Assembly: GCA_964016885.1 (NCBI GenBank)
Contig: OZ024741.1
Coordinates: 262,942,001-263,006,000, forward strand
Source: Eledone cirrhosa
Lineage: Eukaryota
Direction of reading: 5' to 3'
DNA: 64,000 nt
The translations under genes and the position numbers were made by a program. Position 1 is the stretch's first letter. Each line of letters opens with the position of its first letter. The notes under the pieces were generated by a model. It ran no database searches. It was not told the DNA's origin and saw only the letters and a list, made by a program, of their open reading frames with translations. Positions 54,101 through 64,000 of this stretch are shown piece by piece.

Positions 54101-57100
54101 GGGTGTTCTGACTTACGAGTGTTCCGACTTACGAGTGTTTCGGCTTATGAGGGTTTCGACTTACGAGTGCTTCGGCTTACGAGTGTTTCGACTTACGAGT
54201 GTTTCGGATTACGAGTGTTTCGACTTACGAGTGTTTCGACTTACGAGTGTTTTGACTTACGGTGTTTCAGCTTACGAGTGTTTCGACTTACGAGTGTTTT
54301 GACTTACGGGTGTTTTGACATACGAGTGTTTCGATACGAGTGTTCTGACTTACGAGTGTTCTGACTTACGAGTGTTCTGACTTACGAGTGTTCCGACTTA
54401 CGAGTGTTCCGACTTACGAGTGTTTCGGCTTACGAGTGTTTCCGGCTTACGAGTGTTTCGACTTACGAGTGTTTCGACTTACGGGTGTTGTGAATTACGA
54501 GTGTTCCGATTTACGAGTGTTTTGACTTACGGTGTTTCGGCTTACGAGTGATTCGACTTACGAGTGTTTCGGCTTATGAGTGTTTCGACTTACTACTGTT
54601 TTTACTTACGAGTGTTTCGGCGTACGAGTGTTTTGACTTACGAGTGTTTCGACTTACGAGTGTTTCGAATTACGAGTGTTTCGGCTTACGTGAGTTTCGA
54701 CTTAAGAGTGTTCTGATTTACGAGTGTTCTGACTTGCGGGTGTTCTGATTTACGAGTGTTCCGACTTACGAGTGTTTCGGCTTATGAGTGTTTCGACTTA
54801 CGAGTGTTTCGGCTTACGAGTGTTTCGACTTATGGGTGTTTCGACATACGAGTGTTTTGACTTACGGGTGTTTCGACTTACGAGTGTTTCGGCTTACGAG
54901 TGTTTCGACTTACTAATGTTCTTACTTACGAGTGTTTCGGCGTACGAGAGTTTTGACTTACGAGTGTTTCGACTTACGAGTGTTTCGACTTACGAGTGTT
55001 TTGACTTACGAAAGTTTTGACCTACGGGTGTTTCGGCTTACGAGTGTTTCGACTTACGAGTCTTTCGGCTTACGAGTGTTTCGGCGTACGAGTGTTTCGA
55101 CTTACGAGTGTTTCGACTTACGGGTGTTTTCACTTACGGGTGTTTCGGCTTACGAGTGTTTCGGCTTATGATTGTTTCGACTTACGAGTGTTTTGACTTA
55201 CGGTGTTTCAGCTTACGAGTGTTTCGACTTACGAGTGTTTTGACTTACGGGTGTTTTGACATACGAGTGTTTCGATACGTGTGTTCTGACTTACGAGTGT
55301 TCTGACTTACGAGTGTTTTGACTTACGAGTGTTCTGACTTACGAGTGTTCCGACTTACGAGTGTTCCGACTTACGAGTGTTTCGGCTTACGAGTGTTTCC
55401 GGCTTACCAGTGTTTCGACTTACGAGTGTTTTGACTTACGGTGTTTCGGCTTACGAGTGTTTCGACTTACTAATGTTTTTACTTACGAGTGTTTCGGCGT
55501 ACGAGAGTTTTGACTTACGAGTGTTTCGACTTACGAGTGTTTTGACTTACGAATGTTTTGACTTACGGGTGTTTCGGCTTATGAGTGTTTCGACTTACGA
55601 GTCTTTCGGCTTACGAGTGTTTCGACTTACTAATGTTTTTACTTACGAGTGTTTCGGCGTACGACTGTTTCGACTTACGAGTGTTTCGACTTACGGGTGT
55701 TTTGACTTACGGGTGTTTCGGCTTACGAGTGTTTCGACTTACGAGTGTTTTGACTTACGAGTGTTCTGATTTACGGATGTTTCGACATAGGAGTGTTTCG
55801 ACTTACGAGTGTTTCGACTTATGAGTGTTTCGACTTACGAGTGTTTCGGCTTACGAGTGTTTCGACTTACGAGTGTCTTGACTTACGGTGTTTCGGCTTA
55901 CGAGTGATTCGACTTACGAGTGTTTTGACTTACGGGTGATTTGACTTACGGGTGTTGTGAATTACGAGTGTTCCGATTTACGAGTGTTTTAACTTACGAT
56001 GTTTCGGCTTACGAGTGATTCGACTTACGAATGTTTCGGCTTATGGGTGTTTCGACTTACTAATATTTTTACTTACGAGTGTTTCGGCGTACGAGTGTTT
56101 TGACTTGCGAGTGTTTCGACTTACGGGTGTTTCGACTTACGAGTGTTTCGGCTTACGTGAGTTTCGACTTAAGAGTGTTCTGATTTACGAGTGTTCTGAC
56201 TTGCGGGTGTTCTGATTTACAAGTGTTCCGACTTACGAGTGTTTCGGCTTATTAGTGTTTCGACTTACGAGTGTTTCGGCTTACGAGTGTTTCGACTTAT
56301 GGGTGTTTCGACTTACGAATGTTTTGAATTACGGGTGTTTCGGCTTACGAGTGTTTCGACTTACGAGTGTTTCGGCTTACGAGTGTTTCGACTTACTAAT
56401 GTTCTCACTTACGAGTGTTTCGGCGTACGAGAGTTTTGACTTACGAGTGTTTCGACTTACGAGTGTTTCGACTTACGAGTGTTTTGATTTACGAATGTTT
56501 TGACTTACGGGTGTTTCGGCTTACGAGTGTTTCGACTTACGAGTCTTTCGGCTTACGAGTGTTTCGACTTACTAATGTTTTTACTTACGAGTGTTTCGGC
56601 GTACGAGTGTTTCGACTTACGAGTGTTTCGACTTACGGGTGTTTTGACTTACGGGTGTTTCGGCTTACGAGTGTTTTGACTTACGAGTGTTTTGACTTAA
56701 GGGTGTTTCGACTTACGAGTATTTTTGGCTTACGAGTGTTTCGAATTACGAGTGTTTTGACTTACGAGCGTTCTGATTTACGGATGTTTCGACATACGAG
56801 TGTTTCGACTTACGAGTGTTTCGACTTATGAGTGTTTCGACTTACGAGTGTTTCGGCTTATGAGTGTTTCGACTTACGAGTGCTTCGGCTTACGAGTGTT
56901 TCGACTTACGAGTATTTCGGCTTAAGAGTGTTTCGACGTACGAATGTTTTGGCTTACGAGTGTTTCGGCTTATGAGTGTTTCGGCTTACGAGTGTTTCGA
57001 CTTACGAGTGTTTCGGCTTACGAGTGTTTCAGTGTTTCGGCTTACGTGTGTTTTGACTTACGAGTGTTTCGACTTACGACTGTTTCGGCTTACGAGTGTT

Positions 57101-57356
57101 TCGGCTTACGAGTGTTTCGGCTTACGAGTGTTTTGACTTACGAGTGTTTTGACTTACGATTGTTTGGCTTACGAGTGTTCTGACTTACGGGTGTTCTGAC
57201 TTACGAGTGTTCCGACTTACGAGTGTTTCGGCTTATGAGGGTTTCGACTTACGAGTGCTTCGGCTTACGAGTGTTTCGACTTACGAGTGTTTCGGATTAC
57301 GAGTGTTTCGACTTACGAGTGTTTCGACTTACGAGTGTTTTGACTTACGGTGTTTC
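51144..57356 (+). repeat. 3,088-bp tandem duplication (2 copies)
   Basis: Offsets 51460/54548, 52289/55377, 52927/56015, 53776/56864 and 54119/57207 are all +3088. Shared rare variants GCTTACCAG, GTTCTCACTT and GAGCGTTCTG. Confidence 0.9.
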
Positions 57357-60300
57357 GGTTTACGAGTGTTTCGACATACGAGTGTTTTGACGTACGGGTG
57401 TTTCGACTTACGGGTCTTTCGACTTAAGAGTGTTTCGACTTACGAGCGCTTCGACTTACGAGTGTTTCGACTTACGAGTGTTTCGGCGTATGAGTGTTTT
57501 GACTTACGAGTGTTTCGACTTACGAGTGTTTCGACTTACGAGTGTTTCGAATTACGAGTGTTTCGACTTACGAGTGTTTTGACTTACGAGTGTTTTGACT
57601 TACGGTGTTTCTGCTTACGAGTGTTTCGACTTACGAGTGTTATGACTTACGGGTGTTTTCACATACGAGTGTTTCGACTTACGAGTGTTTTGACTTACGG
57701 GTGTTTTGACATACGAGTGTTTTCACTTACGAATGTTTTGACTTACGGGTGTTTCGGCTTACGAGTGTTTCGACTTACTAATATTTTTACTTACGAGTGT
57801 TTCGGCGTACGAGAGTTTTGACTTACGAGTGTTTCGACTTACGAGTGTTTCGACTTACGAGTATTTTGACTTACGAATGTTTTGACTTACGGGTGTTTCG
57901 GCTTACGAGTGTTTCGACTTACGAGTCTTTCGGCTTACGAGTGTTTCGACTTACTAATGTTTTTACTTACGAGTGTTTCGGCGTACGAGTGTTTCGACTT
58001 CCGAGTGTTTCGACTTACGGGTGTTTTGACTTACGGGTGTTTCGGCTTACGAGTGTTTTGACTTACGAGTGTTTTGACTTAAGGGTGTTTCGACTGACGA
58101 GTATTTTTGGCTTACGAGTGTTTCGACTTACGAGTGTTTTGACTTACGAGTGTTCTGATTTACGGATGTTTCGACATAAGAGTGTTTCGACTTACGAGTG
58201 TTTCGACTTATGAGTGTTTCGACTTACGAGTGTTTCGACTTACGAGTGTTTCGGCTTATGATTGATTCGACTTACGAGTGTTTTGACTTACGGTGTTTCA
58301 GCTTACGAGTGTTTCGACTTACGAGTGTTTTGACTTACGGGTGTTTTGACATACGAGTGTTTCGAAACGAGTGTTCTGACTTACGAGTGTTCTGACTTAC
58401 GAGTGTTTTGACTTACGAGTGTTCTGACTTACGAGTGTTCCGACTTACGAGTGTTCCGACTTACGAGTGTTTCGGCTTACGGGTGTTTCCTGCTTACGAG
58501 TGTTTCGACTTACGAGTGTTTTGACTTACGGTGTTTCGGCTTACGAGTGATTCGACTTACGAGTGTTTTGACTTACGGGTGTTTTGACTTACGGGTGTTG
58601 TGAATTACGAGTGTTCCGATTTACGAGTGTTTTGACTTACGGTGTTTCGGCTTACGAGTGATTCGACTTACGAATATTTTGACTTACGGTTGTTTCGGCT
58701 TGCGAGTGTTTCGACTTACGAGTGTTTCGGCTTATGAGTGTTTCGACTTACTAATGTTTTTACTTACGAGTGTTCTGACTTACGAGTGTTCCGACTTACG
58801 AGTGTTCCGACTTACGAGTGTTTCGGCTTACGAGTGTTTCCGGCTTACGAGTGTTTCGACTTACGAGTGTTTCGACTTACGAGTGTTTTGACTTACGGTG
58901 TTTCGACTTACGAGTGATTCGACTTACGAGTGTTTTGACTTACGGGTGTTTTGACTTACGGGTGTTGTGAATTACGAGTGTTCCGATTTACGAGTGTTTT
59001 GACTTACGGTGTTTCGGCTTACGAGTGATTCGACTTACGAATGTTTTGACTTACGGGTGTTTCGGCTTGCTAGTGTTTCGACTTACGAGTGTTTCGGCTT
59101 ATGAGTGTTTCGACTTACTACTGTTTTTACTTACGAGTGTTTCGGCGTACGAGTGTTTTGACTTACGAGTGTTTCGACTTACGAGTGTTTCGAATTACGA
59201 GTGTTTCGGCTTACGTGAGTTTCGACTTAAGAGTGTTCTGATTTACGAGTGTTCTGACTTGCGGGTGTTCTGATTTACGAGTGTTCCGACTTACGAGTGT
59301 TTCGGCTTATGAGTGTTTCGACTTACGAGTGTTTCGGCTTACGAGTGTTTCGACTTATGGGTGTTTCGACATACGAGTGTTTTGACTTACGGGTGTTTCG
59401 ACTTACGAGTGTTTTGACTTACGAATGTTTTGACTTACGGGTGTTTCGGCTTACGAGTGTTTCGACTTACGAGTGTTTCGGCTTACGAGTGTTTCGACTT
59501 ACTAATGTTCTTACTTACGAGTGTTTCGGCGTACGAGAGTTTTGACTTACGAGTGTTTCGACTTACGAGTGTTTCGACTTACGAGTGTTTTGACTTACGA
59601 AAGTTTTGACTTACGGGTGTTTCGGCGTACGAGTGTTTTGACTTACGAGTGTTTCGACTTACGGGTGTTTTGACTTACGGGTGTTTCGGCTTACGAGTGT
59701 TTCGGCTTATGATTGTTTCGACTTACGAGTGTTTTGACTTACGGTGTTTCAGCCTACGAGTGTTTCGACTTACGAGTGTTTTGACTTACGGGTGTTTTGA
59801 CATACGAGTGTTTCGATACGAGTGTTCTGACTTACGAGTGTTCTGACTTACGAGTGTTTTGACTTACGAGTGTTCTGACTTACGAGTGTTCCGACTTACG
59901 AGTGTTCCGACTTACGAGTGTTTCGGCTTACGAGTGTTTCCGGCTTACGAGTGTTTCGACTTACGAGTGTTTCGACTTACGGTGTTTCGGCTTACGAGTG
60001 ATTCGACTTACGAGTGTTTTGACTTACGGGTGTTTTGACTTACGGGTGTTGTGAATTACGAGTGTTCCGATTTACGAGTGTTTTGACTTACGGTGTTTCG
60101 GCTTACGAGTGAATCGACTTACGAATGTTTTGACTTACGGGTGTTTCGGCTTGCGAGTGTTTCGACTTACGAGTGTTTCGGCTTATGAGTGTTTCGACTT
60201 ACTAATGTTTTTACTTACGAGTGTTCTGACTTACGAGTGTTCCGACTTACGAGTGTTCCGACTTACGAGTGTTTCGGCTTACGAGTGTTTCCGGCTTACG

Positions 60301-63300
60301 AGTGTTTCGACTTACGAGTGTTTCGACTTACGAGTGTTTTGACTTACGGTGTTTCGACTTACGAGTGATTCGACTTACGACTGTTTTGACTTACGGGTGT
60401 TTTGACTTACGGGTGTTTCGATACGAGTGTTTCGACTTACGAGTGTTCTGACTTACGAGTGTTCCGACTTACGAGTGTTTCGGCTTATGAGGGTTTCGAC
60501 TTACGAGTGCTTCGGCTTACGAGTGTTTCGACTTACGAGTGTTTCGGATTACGAGTGTTTCGACTTACGAGTGTTTCGACTTACGAGTGTTTTGACTTAC
60601 GGTGTTTCGGTTTACGAGTGTTTCGACATACGAGTGTTTTGACGTACGGGTGTTTCGACTTACGGGTCTTTCGACTTAAGAGTGTTTCGACTTACGAGCG
60701 CTTCGACTTACGAGTGTTTCGACTTACGAGTGTTTCGGCGTATGAGTGTTTTGACTTACGAGTGTTTCGACTTACGAGTGTTTCGACTTACGAGTGTTTC
60801 GAATTACGAGTGTTTCGACTTACGAGTGTTTTGACTTACGGTGTTTCTGCTTACGAGTGTTTCGACTTACGAGTGTTATGACTTACGGGTGTTTTCACAT
60901 ACGAGTGTTTCGACTTACGAGTGTTTTGACTTACGGGTGTTTTGACATACGAGTGTTTTCACTTACGAATGTTTTGACTTACGGGTGTTTCGGCTTACGA
61001 GTGTTTCGACTTACTAATATTTTTACTTACGAGTGTTTCGGCGTACGAGAGTTTTGACTTACGAGTGTTTCGACTTACGAGTGTTTCGACTTACGAGTAT
61101 TTTGACTTACGGTGTTTCGGCTTACGAGTGATTCGACTTACGAATGTTTTGACTTACGGGTGTTTCGGCTTACGAGTGTTTCGACTTACGAGTCTTTCGG
61201 CTTACGAGTGTTTCGACTTACTAATGTTTTTACTTACGAGTGTTTCGGCGTACGAGTGTTTCGACTTCCGAGTGTTTCGACTTACGGGTGTTTTGACTTA
61301 CGGGTGTTTCGGCTTACGAGTGTTTTGACTTACGAGTGTTTTGACTTAAGGGTGTTTCGACTGACGAGTATTTTTGGCTTACGAGTGTTTCGACTTACGA
61401 GTGTTTTGACTTACGAGTGTTCTGATTTACGGATGTTTCGACATAAGAGTGTTTCGACTTACGAGTGTTTCGACTTATGAGTGTTTCGACTTACGAGTGT
61501 TTCGACTTACGAGTGTTTCGGCTTATGATTGTTTCGACTTACGAGTGTTTTGACTTACGGTGTTTCAGCTTACGAGTGTTTCGACTTACGAGTGTTTTGA
61601 CTTACGGGTGTTTTGACATACGAGTGTTTCGAAACGAGTGTTCTGACTTACGAGTGTTCTGACTTACGAGTGTTTTGACTTACGAGTGTTCTGACTTACG
61701 AGTGTTCCGACTTACGAGTGTTCCGACTTACGAGTGTTTCGGCTTACGGGTGTTTCCTGCTTACGAGTGTTTCGTCTTACGAGTGTTTTGACTTACGGTG
61801 TTTCGGCTTACGAGTGATTCGACTTACGAGTGTTTTGACTTACGGGTGTTTTGACTTACGGGTGTTGTGAATTACGAGTGTTCCGATTTACGAGTGTTTT
61901 GACTTACGGTGTTTCGGCTTACGAGTGATTCGACTTACGAATGTTTTGACTTACGGTTGTTTCGGCTTGCGAGTGTTTCGACTTACGAGTGTTTCGGCTT
62001 ATGAGTGTTTCGACTTACTAATGTTTTTACTTACGAGTGTTCTGACTTACGAGTGTTCCGACTTACGAGTGTTCCGACTTACGAGTGTTTCGGCTTACGA
62101 GTGTTTCCGGCTTACGAGTGTTTCGACTTACGAGTGTTTCGACTTACGAGTGTTTTGACTTACGGTGTTTCGACTTACGAGTGATTCGACTTACGAGTGT
62201 TTTGACTTACGGGTGTTTTGACTTACGGGTGTTGTGAATTACGAGTGTTCCGATTTACGAGTGTTTTGACTTACGGTGTTTCGGCTTACGAGTGATTCGA
62301 CTTACGAATGTTTTGACTTACGGGTGTTTCGGCTTGCTAGTGTTTCGACTTACGAGTGTTTCGGCTTATGAGTGTTTCGACTTACTACTGTTTTTACTTA
62401 CGAGTGTTTCGGCGTACGAGTGTTTTGACTTACGAGTGTTTCGACTTACGAGTGTTTCGAATTACGAGTGTTCTGACTTGCGGGTGTTCTGATTTACGAG
62501 TGTTCCGACTTACGAGTGTTTCGGCTTATGAGTGTTTCGACTTACGAGTGTTTCGGCTTACGAGTGTTTCGACTTATGGGTGTTTCGACATACGAGTGTT
62601 TTGACTTACGGGTGTTTCGACTTACGAGTGTTTTGACTTACGAATGTTTTGACTTACGGGTGTTTCGGCTTACGAGTGTTTCGACTTACGAGTGTTTCGG
62701 CTTACGAGTGTTTCGACTTACTAATGTTCTTACTTACGAGTGTTTCGGCGTACGAGAGTTTTGACTTACGAGTGTTTCGACTTACGAGTGTTTCGACTTA
62801 CGAGTGTTTTGACTTACGAAAGTTTTGACTTACGGGTGTTTCGGCGTACGAGTGTTTTGACTTACGAGTGTTTCGACTTACGGGTGTTTTGACTTACGGG
62901 TGTTTCGGCTTACGACTGTTTCGGCTTATGATTGTTTCGACTTACGAGTGTTTTGACTTACGGTGTTTCAGCCTACGAGTGTTTCGACTTACGAGTGTTT
63001 TGACTTACGGGTGTTTTGACATACGAGTGTTTCGATACGAGTGTTCTGACTTACGAGTGTTCTGACTTACGAGTGTTTTGACTTACGATTGTTCTGACTT
63101 ACGAGTGTTCCGACTTACGAGTGTTCCGACTTACGAGTGTTTCGGCTTACGAGTGTTTCCGGCTTACGAGTGTTTCGACTTACGAGTGTTTCGACTTACG
63201 GTGTTTCGGCTTACGAGTGATTCGACTTACGAGTGTTTTGACTTACGGGTGTTTTGACTTACGGGTGGTGTGAATTACGAGTGTTCCGATTTACGAGTGT

Positions 63301-63670
63301 TTTGACTTACGGTGTTTCGGCTTACGAGTGATTCGACTTACGAATGTTTTGACTTACGGGTGTTTCGGCTTGCGAGTGTTTCGACTTACGAGTGTTTCGG
63401 CTTATGAGTGTTTCGACTTACTAATGTTTTTACTTACGAGTGTTCTGACTTACGAGTGTTCCGACTTACGAGTGTTCCGACTTACGAGTGTTTCGGCTTA
63501 CGAGTGTTTCCGGCTTACGAGTGTTTCGACTTACGAGTGTTTCGACTTACGAGTGTTTTGACTTACGGTGTTTCGACTTACGAGTGATTCGACTTACGAC
63601 TGTTTTGACTTACGGGTGTTTTGACTTACGGGTGTTTCGATACGAGTGTTTCGACTTACGAGTGTTCTGA
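57195..63670 (+). repeat. ~3.22-3.27-kb tandem duplication (2 copies with monomer-scale indels)
   Basis: Offsets 58198/61465, 58658/61925, 59025/62292 (+3267) and 59297/62516, 59649/62868, 60109/63328 (+3219). Shared rare variants CGAAACGAG, GACATAAG and CAGCCTACG. Confidence 0.85.
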
Positions 63671-64000
63671 CTTACGAGTGTTCTGACTTACGAGTGTTCT
63701 GACTTACGAGTGTTCTGATTTACGAGTGTTCCGACTTACGAGTGTTTCGGCTTACGAGTGTTTCGGCTTACGAGTGTTTCGACTTACGGGTGTTTTGACT
63801 TACGGGTGTTTCGGCTTACGAGTGTTTCGGCTTATGATTGTTTCGACTTACGAGTGTTTTGACTTACGGTGTTTCAGCTTACCAGTGTTTCGACTTACGA
63901 GTGTTTTGACTTACGGGTGTTTTGACATACGAGTGTTTCGATACGAGTGTTCTGACTTACGGGTGTTCTGACTTACGAGTGTTTTGACTTACGAGTGTTC

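Larger units (their letters stand above)
1..64000 (+). repeat. 16-bp tandem satellite array, consensus GACTTACGAGTGTTTC, ~4000 monomers in one orientation, running off both window ends
   Basis: The monomer is visible on every line. Common variants are GGCTTACG, ...CGGGTG..., and ends TTTT, TTCT or TTCC. There are occasional 14-, 15- and 17-bp monomers. ORF translations are permutations of the 16-aa string RVFRLTSVSTYECFDL (3 monomers = 48 bp). Confidence 0.99.

Noticed and set aside
19-63971. Numerous short + strand ORFs (60-204 aa) with RVFRLTSVSTYECFDL repeats
   Set aside because: The consensus 16-mer has no + strand stop codon and cycles through all three frames. ORFs overlap in different frames with the same peptide and end at random TGA variants. 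The minus strand is closed by TAA in nearly every monomer. These are repeat artefacts.
1-64000. CRISPR array
   Set aside because: Repeats are contiguous 16-mers with no unique spacers, the 69-bp inserts are near-identical to each other, and there are no cas genes.
1-64000. Telomerase-synthesised long telomeric repeat (yeast-like 16-mer; TACGGATGT variant resembles Candida-type repeats)
   Set aside because: The array is at least 64 kb with heritable variant patterns duplicated in multi-kb blocks, which indicates recombinational amplification rather than copying from one RNA template. It also lacks a G-run. A subtelomeric location is not excluded.
1-64000. Strand switch or inversion within the array
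   Set aside because: No reverse-complement monomers (GAAACACTCGTAAGTC) were seen anywhere in the window.

Overview
The whole 64-kb window is one head-to-tail satellite array of a 16-bp monomer (consensus GACTTACGAGTGTTTC, + strand) in a single orientation. It contains no credible genes: every ORF is a translation of the repeat. The only non-monomer sequence is a 69-bp AT-rich element present in 9 near-identical copies of two haplotypes between 10.8 and 46.6 kb. Variant monomers form nested higher-order repeats: 160/176-bp and 367-bp sub-units, several 3.1-4.0-kb duplications, a 10.0-kb unit, and a near-identical 13.97-kb unit covering ~8.2-42.7 kb with more diverged flanks. This is typical of eukaryotic centromeric or heterochromatic satellite; the organism cannot be determined from the sequence. 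The most interesting hypothesis is that the monomer is an amplified pogo/Tigger-type transposase binding site resembling a CENP-B box shortened by 2 bp. Block boundaries were estimated by eye and from ORF-track offsets and are approximate to within a few monomers.
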